The notes under the pieces are model-generated. The model saw only the letters and a program-made list of their open reading frames with translations. It made no database searches and was not told the origin of the DNA. Positions 26,602 through 32,000 of a stretch of DNA of 32,000 nt are shown piece by piece. Numbering within the stretch: the first letter of the stretch is position 1; each line of letters begins with the position of its first letter. The position numbers and the translations under genes are program-made. Source of the stretch: Candidatus Heimdallarchaeota archaeon B3_Heim (GTDB taxonomy: Archaea > Asgardarchaeota > Heimdallarchaeia > Hodarchaeales > Hodarchaeaceae); contig NJBF01000027.1 of NCBI GenBank assembly GCA_003144275.1, positions 1-32,000 of the forward strand, read 5' to 3'.

Positions 26602-27462
26602 CTAGTCTTCTTCATCGTCGTATTCATCATCATCTTCATCATCGTCGTAATCATCTGACGATGCGCCTTCTAGTTCATCATCGAGGTCAGGTTGCATAGG
26701 AGCTAATAGATAGCCAAGTTCGATTCCACGAGCATCAGTATAAAGCAAATGAAGAGGTCTCACTGACGTAAATGTCAATTGTACCTCCGAAAAAGCTTGA
26801 TCAACTAAAATAAGGTTCTTAAAAGAATCAATTGAATACAGTGCTTCATGAGTGCCTTCTGCTTCTATTAATTTGGCGGCAGAATTTTCTGATTGGGTAT
26901 CGATTTCAATTTTAACCTCTCTGTTGTCTTGAGAACTACTGAAAATCATTTTATTTGCTTCTGCATATAAGTTAATACTTCCACCTATGATAGAAGCATC
27001 CTTAATGAAATCTGTTAATGAGCCGCTGAACAAAACAGCTTTAATATCATATTTTAGTGCGTTGGGATCAGGAAGTGTACTTTCCTCGGGTTCTGATAGT
27101 GGTAGTATAAATTGACGCTTAACACGACCTTCAAAAGTGAATTTCAGGAGATTTTTCTCTTCATCCAGAGTAATCGTTAAGCTATCCTCTTTTCCACCTC
27201 GCTGCAAAATTTTCTTTAAATCTTGCATTTGTATTGAAATTTTATATTCCTTATCACACTTGAAATCGCCATGAAAATATTCTGGTTTAATTTTTAAATC
27301 AACCATAGCAAATCTTGGTTTATCCATATTTCTAAGTGTCATTCCATCTTTCGGGTTAACTACAAATGTTCCTTCATCCTCTAATACTGTAGCTGTTGCA
27401 TTAAGAACTTTTGTAAATAAATCTAAATCATCTACCTTAATTTCAAGAGTCATCTTCATCAC
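26602..27462 (-). CDS. pcn: DNA polymerase sliding clamp (PCNA) with an acidic C-terminal extension
   Basis: MD..R.AMVDL, DLKKIL.R....D.L, R.F.LPL, YS...F, PL.L, YLLAP C-terminal motif; immediately upstream of rfcS/rfcL. Confidence 0.92.
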   Translation of the reverse strand: MMKMTLEIKVDDLDLFTKVLNATATVLEDEGTFVVNPKDGMTLRNMDKPRFAMVDLKIKPEYFHGDFKCDKEYKISIQMQDLKKILQRGGKEDSLTITLDEEKNLLKFTFEGRVKRQFILPLSEPEESTLPDPNALKYDIKAVLFSGSLTDFIKDASIIGGSINLYAEANKMIFSSSQDNREVKIEIDTQSENSAAKLIEAEGTHEALYSIDSFKNLILVDQAFSEVQLTFTSVRPLHLLYTDARGIELGYLLAPMQPDLDDELEGASSDDYDDDEDDDEYDDEED

Positions 27463-27561
27463 TTGTCAAAGATCAGATCTATAATCGATTGTCTGAGTTT
27501 GGTTTTATGAATTTAATGGTGACTAACTTAAATTGTTTAAATGAATCACTTTGAAGGTGAA

Positions 27562-27906
27562 TCAAATTCTGAAGAATTCAGGAGCTGATTTGCGAAAATT
27601 CAGCAACGCTTTCATTCCGTGACCTCTTCCCAGCTTTGAAATTAGAAATTCTCCATTGGTAGCAACTAAAAACTTGTTTACAGTCAAAATTTCAAGGGAT
27701 CCTTGAATTTCTGAGCTTAAATTCTCAGGAATTATTAAATTCAACTCAGAGAAAAGATTTGTGATATTCAATGTTAAATCTGTGCTCGTGACTCGTACAT
27801 TGAAGGCTGTGAGCATCGCTAATATTAATGAGTCTAAATTCACTTCTATTAAATCCTCTTCTAGAAAGAGAGAAGGGGAATTCTGATATGATTTTGCTAG
27901 TGCCAT
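27562..27906 (-). CDS. Hypothetical protein, possible winged-helix fold
   Basis: 114-aa ORF. EIQGSLEILTVNKFLVATNGEFLISKLG resembles a wHTH recognition helix plus wing. Confidence 0.55.
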   Translation of the reverse strand: MALAKSYQNSPSLFLEEDLIEVNLDSLILAMLTAFNVRVTSTDLTLNITNLFSELNLIIPENLSSEIQGSLEILTVNKFLVATNGEFLISKLGRGHGMKALLNFRKSAPEFFRI

Positions 27907-28104
27907 TGTCTCATGATAATAATCCTAGAGATAGATTAAAAACTATTAGATCACCCAAGGATCTAAGTAAAATAGTGTTCAAATTAGATTATATCTAAAA
28001 ATATCATGTCATTATGTCTTAGGTATTCATTCTAAGTTATGAGATAAACCCTAACTTTGACTTCAGTAAATTTCGGATTCGGAAAAATCTAAGAGATCAG
28101 TCCT

Positions 28105-29211
28105 ATGTCTAATATTGATAATTCAAACGCATTAGAAGGAATAATTAGTAGTCCTGGACGGATTTGTCTTTTCGGAGAGCATCAAGATTATTTAGGGCTG
28201 CCAGTCATACCAATGGCAATAGACAGAAGGTTATATCTTTATTATTGGCTAGACCCTAAGAAATCTATGATTCAAATTTGTAGTGACTCCTTACCTCGTA
28301 TTGAGAAAATATCACACACGGATATTGGCAAACTTACTGGTACTCCGTACGACTACATCAAGGCAGTATTTAAATTCTATGATAACTCAATAGCTGGAAA
28401 AATTTTACCCAGTGAGCTGAAGATCCGTAGTAGCATTCCAATTAAATCAGGTCTATCATCATCAGCCGCTTTACTCGTTTCTACCGTTTTCTTGGTAGCA
28501 AATATTGTTTTGCAAAAAAACCTAACCTTGGATCAAATCGCTGATGTTGCTTTTCATATTGAACACGATGTGCTGGGAATTTCCTGCGGTAGAATGGATC
28601 AAACATGTGTTTCATTCGGTGGAATTTTTCAGATGACAACTACAGCTAATTTGACAATTACTCCATTAACCCTTCCTGTAAACTCATTCTTTGTAATTGG
28701 AGATTCCGAAATAGTGCGTCACGCGGATACTCCTCTAAAACACGTCCAGAATTCGATATTTAATATTTTGGAGACTTTAGGAAATCCAGACCTTCAGACT
28801 TTACCAACAACAAGTTCAAGCCTCAAAAAACTCACAAATAAGGAAGAAAGAATAATACAGGGCATTTTAGGGGTGAGAGAGAACGAAAAATTAGCTTTGA
28901 AGGAATTACAGTCTCCAATTGTTGATTTAACGTTAATAGGATCTTTACTCGATGAACAACATCATTTCCTCCGGGATAATTATCAGGTCTCCAATCCAAA
29001 AATAGATGAAATGTGCAAAGTTGCCAAAGAGTCTGGAGCTTTAGGCGCTAAAATGACAGGAGCTGGTTTTGGAGGATGTATGTTTGCATTGACTGATTCT
29101 ATCGATGCTGCACGTAAAATTCGAGCTAAACTAGCCCAGTATGGACAATGCTATATTGTACAACCCTCAGAAGGAGTTAAAAAAGAATCTGTTACTCGTT
29201 CTTCATTTTAA
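28105..29211 (+). CDS. GHMP kinase, galactokinase-like
   Basis: SPGRICLFGEHQDY, P.KSGLSSSAA, G.MDQ, GAKMTGAGFGGC. GEHQDY is closer to GalK (GEHTDY) than to mevalonate kinase (GEHAVVYG). Confidence 0.9.
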   Translation: MSNIDNSNALEGIISSPGRICLFGEHQDYLGLPVIPMAIDRRLYLYYWLDPKKSMIQICSDSLPRIEKISHTDIGKLTGTPYDYIKAVFKFYDNSIAGKILPSELKIRSSIPIKSGLSSSAALLVSTVFLVANIVLQKNLTLDQIADVAFHIEHDVLGISCGRMDQTCVSFGGIFQMTTTANLTITPLTLPVNSFFVIGDSEIVRHADTPLKHVQNSIFNILETLGNPDLQTLPTTSSSLKKLTNKEERIIQGILGVRENEKLALKELQSPIVDLTLIGSLLDEQHHFLRDNYQVSNPKIDEMCKVAKESGALGAKMTGAGFGGCMFALTDSIDAARKIRAKLAQYGQCYIVQPSEGVKKESVTRSSF

Positions 29212-30253
29212 GATTGGCTAGTCCTTTAATAAGATCATCTGCTTCCGGAGGATGCATTTTTTGATTATCAAAACTCAAGGGAGAGCCTCTGTGGGTAACC
29301 TCACCGATTATTTGGGTAGGTCCAAATGAATTTTTATTCAAGTACTCTACAATCTTAGACGCATATTTTCTTTGGCAAATCAAAAGGACTGCTCCTGATG
29401 AGATTAATTTGAATGGATTGATATCGAGATACTGGGTTATCTTCTCAGTCACTTTTGTTACAGGAATATCTGAAGAATTAATCTTACATCCCAAATCAAA
29501 AGGAGCGAGACATTCATACAACGCACCATAGATACCACCCTCGGTTGCATCATGAACCAAGTTTAATGCATTATGATATTGACGATTGAGAGCAAGAACC
29601 TTTTTTGAGATGGAAATTTCCATCCCAACTCTAATTCCTTCTTGTATCGTTTCTTCTGACAAATTGTTAGAAAAATAATCTTTCCCACTTGTCAGTAATA
29701 TACCAGTTCCTTCAGCTCCTATCCATCCAGAACAAATTATGGCGTCACCAGGTTTAGGATTTCGAGGAATATAATATTCATGCGGTACGAAACCAATCAT
29801 ACTCGCTGAGTATATTGGGGATTCAACACTCGCTGTAACCTCACTATGGCCTCCCAATATAGTAATACCATTATTTTCACAGATTTCAGACAATTTTTTT
29901 TGAAAATCCATAATTAAATCACTTGATGTTCTTGGTGGAAGAAGAATTGTAATGGTTATTCCATAAGGAATAGCTCCACAAGTCGCTAAATCATTCATAT
30001 TCACTGTGACAAGATATTTCGCTGGATTAGGTGTGGGAAAAGTGATTGGATCTGCTTTATATATTAAATAAGGTGTAGTGGATGTATTATAGTATTCTCG
30101 AATTTGTTTGAATATTTCCTGTAAATCTAAGGTAGCTATATCAATACCAGGAGCAGGTTCTTGAACGATTCCACGATTATTTTGATATCCTCTCAGTTTA
30201 ACAAGATTTGATAAGAGATCCCAAGGTATCTTCCCTTCTGGTAACTCGTTCAT
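29192..30253 (-). CDS. AIR synthase-related (PurM/HypE/ThiL superfamily) protein
   Basis: GK.P..LL..L, PG.D, DPITF, N.NDLA.CGA.P, GGHSEVT, HDATEGG..GAL, L.SSG. Confidence 0.88.
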   Translation of the reverse strand: MNELPEGKIPWDLLSNLVKLRGYQNNRGIVQEPAPGIDIATLDLQEIFKQIREYYNTSTTPYLIYKADPITFPTPNPAKYLVTVNMNDLATCGAIPYGITITILLPPRTSSDLIMDFQKKLSEICENNGITILGGHSEVTASVESPIYSASMIGFVPHEYYIPRNPKPGDAIICSGWIGAEGTGILLTSGKDYFSNNLSEETIQEGIRVGMEISISKKVLALNRQYHNALNLVHDATEGGIYGALYECLAPFDLGCKINSSDIPVTKVTEKITQYLDINPFKLISSGAVLLICQRKYASKIVEYLNKNSFGPTQIIGEVTHRGSPLSFDNQKMHPPEADDLIKGLANLKMKNE

Positions 30254-30326
30254 ACAAAATCTATTCCTAACATGTGCAAAGTATTTATCACGAGATTGTT
30301 TTCAAGGTGTACGAAGGGACTAATAA

Positions 30327-30848
30327 ATGAAACGGGAGAAACCTATATTTGCGGAAACATTTTTCTCTCTCGGGAAGAACCGAATAACTCAATCTATGTA
30401 CTTTTATTATTATGATACATCAAAAATTTACTACAATTTAATGAAAACAGGTGCTATTCGGGGTGAGCTTGATTCCATTCAATCTAATCTGCAGCGTTAT
30501 ATTGATGAGGACACTCTCCATATCAATGAAAATCTGACTAGAATGGTAATCGATTCTACTGATGTGCTTTTTCGTGATAATGATCCATTTTTCCCAATTC
30601 TTAGCTTTCAAGTACTCTCTACACACTATACCCTGAGTACTGAATCTTTCAATGAAGTTCATTTGTATGCTAAACCCGAAAAGATCCCCTACTCTGCAAT
30701 TTCTTGTTGGTTTACCTGTGGTTATATCCTAAAAGTAGAATCTAATTCTTTTTTCAGTACTAATGACATCCAACAAAATGTTACTTTTTATCTTACTAAA
30801 AATGAGATTGTTGGTGATCATGAAAGGATTTTTATTCAATATTCGTGA
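30327..30848 (+). CDS. Hypothetical protein
   Basis: 173-aa ORF filling the gap between oriented genes; no family recognised; the true start may be downstream. Confidence 0.6.
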   Translation: MKREKPIFAETFFSLGKNRITQSMYFYYYDTSKIYYNLMKTGAIRGELDSIQSNLQRYIDEDTLHINENLTRMVIDSTDVLFRDNDPFFPILSFQVLSTHYTLSTESFNEVHLYAKPEKIPYSAISCWFTCGYILKVESNSFFSTNDIQQNVTFYLTKNEIVGDHERIFIQYS

Positions 30849-31046
30849 GCCATTGTTTGCTACTTATGAAAAAGATGTTTATACAAACGACGATACTCAA
30901 GTACTTACAGTCGGAGTAGAAGTTTATAATCCATCAATTAGGTAAATGGCTAAAAATGGACATCTTATTATTTTATCTCCATAAAGCAAGAAGATATTAT
31001 ATATTGCCATTCAGATCGTTCAGATGAATGCTGGAAATGCTACTTA

Positions 31047-31679
31047 ATGGCCGAACTTGGACAATCAATCTTTGATATTCTTGTTTTCGTACTTCCTTTA
31101 TATTTCGGGAATGCTGCGCCAACGATTCTTGGAGGTGGCCCTCCTATCGATGGGGGACGTTTTTGGAAAGATGGTAAACGAATTTTAGGCGATGGTAAGA
31201 CAATTAGAGGCTTTTGGCTGGCAGTACTTGTTGGAATACTCATAGGATTTTTCTTAGCACTTATCATTGCTTCCTTTGATGGAGTGCTCTTAGGCAATCC
31301 TCCTATTGATATAAGACTAGAGTACCAAGAATTTTACCAATCGAGTATTGTATATTCACTGATATCCTTCTTGAATTTACCTGATGTATTAGCTGATCCA
31401 CTAGTGCTAGGAGGAGTAGCAGGAGGTCTTTCAACTCTTGGTGGAATGACTGGTGATATGGTTGGTTCTTTCATCAAACGTAGAAGTGGAATTTCTCGTG
31501 GAAAAACCTTTATTTTTCTTGACCAGCTCGGATTTCTTGTCCTAGGTATGATGTTTGTATATCCTATTATACCATGGCCTCCACTATGGTTAGCATTCTT
31601 AGTTCCAATAACCTTTCTCACTCACATCGCTGCAAATTTATTTGGATACTTTACTGGTATTCAAGACGACCCTCTTTAG
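31047..31679 (+). CDS. carS: CDP-2,3-bis-(O-geranylgeranyl)-sn-glycerol synthase (CDP-archaeol synthase)
   Basis: P.YFGNAAP...GGG.PIDGGR...DG.RILGDGKT.RGF, GDM.GSFIKRR.GI.RG, LDQL; multiple TM helices. Confidence 0.95.
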   Translation: MAELGQSIFDILVFVLPLYFGNAAPTILGGGPPIDGGRFWKDGKRILGDGKTIRGFWLAVLVGILIGFFLALIIASFDGVLLGNPPIDIRLEYQEFYQSSIVYSLISFLNLPDVLADPLVLGGVAGGLSTLGGMTGDMVGSFIKRRSGISRGKTFIFLDQLGFLVLGMMFVYPIIPWPPLWLAFLVPITFLTHIAANLFGYFTGIQDDPL

Positions 31680-31863
31680 AATTTGCATCTGACTGGTCAT
31701 TTTTAACAATTAGGTTTTAATGAAATCTCTGTAACAATATTAGTGAGTAAAAACAGATTCGTAAGATTTTTCAAGTCATCTGTGAGGGGAGATGTGGGAT
31801 AACAAAATATTAGTGATGCGTAGATTAAACACTTTACTTTGAGAAACAAGGAACAATTCGAAA

Positions 31864-32000
31864 ATGTCAGAGGATAATACGGTATTCATTGGAAACAAAC
31901 CTGTTACAGCATATGTCATGGCTTGTGTAACACAATTCAATCGGAATGCAGATTCAATTGTATTAAAAGCTCGTGGTCGAGCTATAAGCCGAGCAGTAGA
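31864..32000 (+). CDS. albA: DNA/RNA-binding protein Alba (3'-truncated by the window; not in the ORF track)
   Basis: Manual translation: [45 protein letters not shown], with the signature [11 protein letters not shown]. Confidence 0.96.
   Translation, partial: MSEDNTVFIGNKPVTAYVMACVTQFNRNADSIVLKARGRAISRAV

Noticed and set aside
26602-26690. TCA/TCG triplet run as a microsatellite
   Set aside because: It is imperfect and explained by Asp/Glu codons of the PCNA tail (reported at protein level).
30846-30870. Selenocysteine read-through of TGA stops
   Set aside because: Another in-frame stop follows within a few codons here, no SECIS-like hairpin is apparent, and no other TGA-ending gene looks truncated.
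527-31621. The many 60-180 aa ORFs nested in or antisense to long genes (e.g. 1385..1693, 8899..9192, 21461..21997, 31334..31621)
   Set aside because: They are overlapped by well-supported genes and show no recognisable motifs.
802-31679. ipk, GHMP kinase and carS as a lipid-biosynthesis cluster
   Set aside because: ipk is ~27 kb from the other two, the genes are not co-oriented, and the GHMP motif is not mevalonate-kinase type.
31864-32000. Alba GNKP instead of GKKP (acetylation-site Lys absent)
   Set aside because: GNKP is a common natural variant in archaeal Alba proteins.
1-32000. tRNA, rRNA, IS or provirus features
   Set aside because: No GC-rich cloverleaf or T-loop motif, transposase, integrase or terminal repeats seen by eye; tRNAscan-SE and Infernal would be needed to exclude small RNAs.

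Overview
A gene-dense, low-GC archaeal chromosomal segment, with about 37% GC where I hand-counted (361-480). The gene set (PCNA, RFC-S/L, Alba, CarS, IPK, archease+RtcB, archaeal-type AspRS) is clearly archaeal. A bacterial-type NAD-dependent ligase, a histidine kinase and a PGF-CTERM-like surface protein are compatible with an Asgard (Heimdallarchaeia-like) genome, but that assignment is inference. Bases 1-355 are a GC-rich (~55%) bacterial-looking Gfo/Idh/MocA fragment joined to a 5'-truncated mobB, probably an assembly chimera. Most of the window is housekeeping. The best candidate for an undescribed system is the minus-strand locus 12491-16960: two remotely paralogous, sequon-rich cell-surface proteins flank a wHTH plus 5-TM (Yip1-like) protein, and both have a 14/17-identical motif just upstream of their start codons. 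One of them shows motif-level resemblance to the eukaryotic lysosomal protein GLMP/NCU-G1. Also notable are a pcn-rfcS-rfcL cluster (long acidic PCNA tail, Gln-less PIP box on RFC-L), a PIP-like motif in a LigA linker, and an orphan 758-aa membrane protein with a repeated helical ectodomain. I saw no tRNA, rRNA, CRISPR array, transposase or intein. All family calls come from motif recognition, not database searches.
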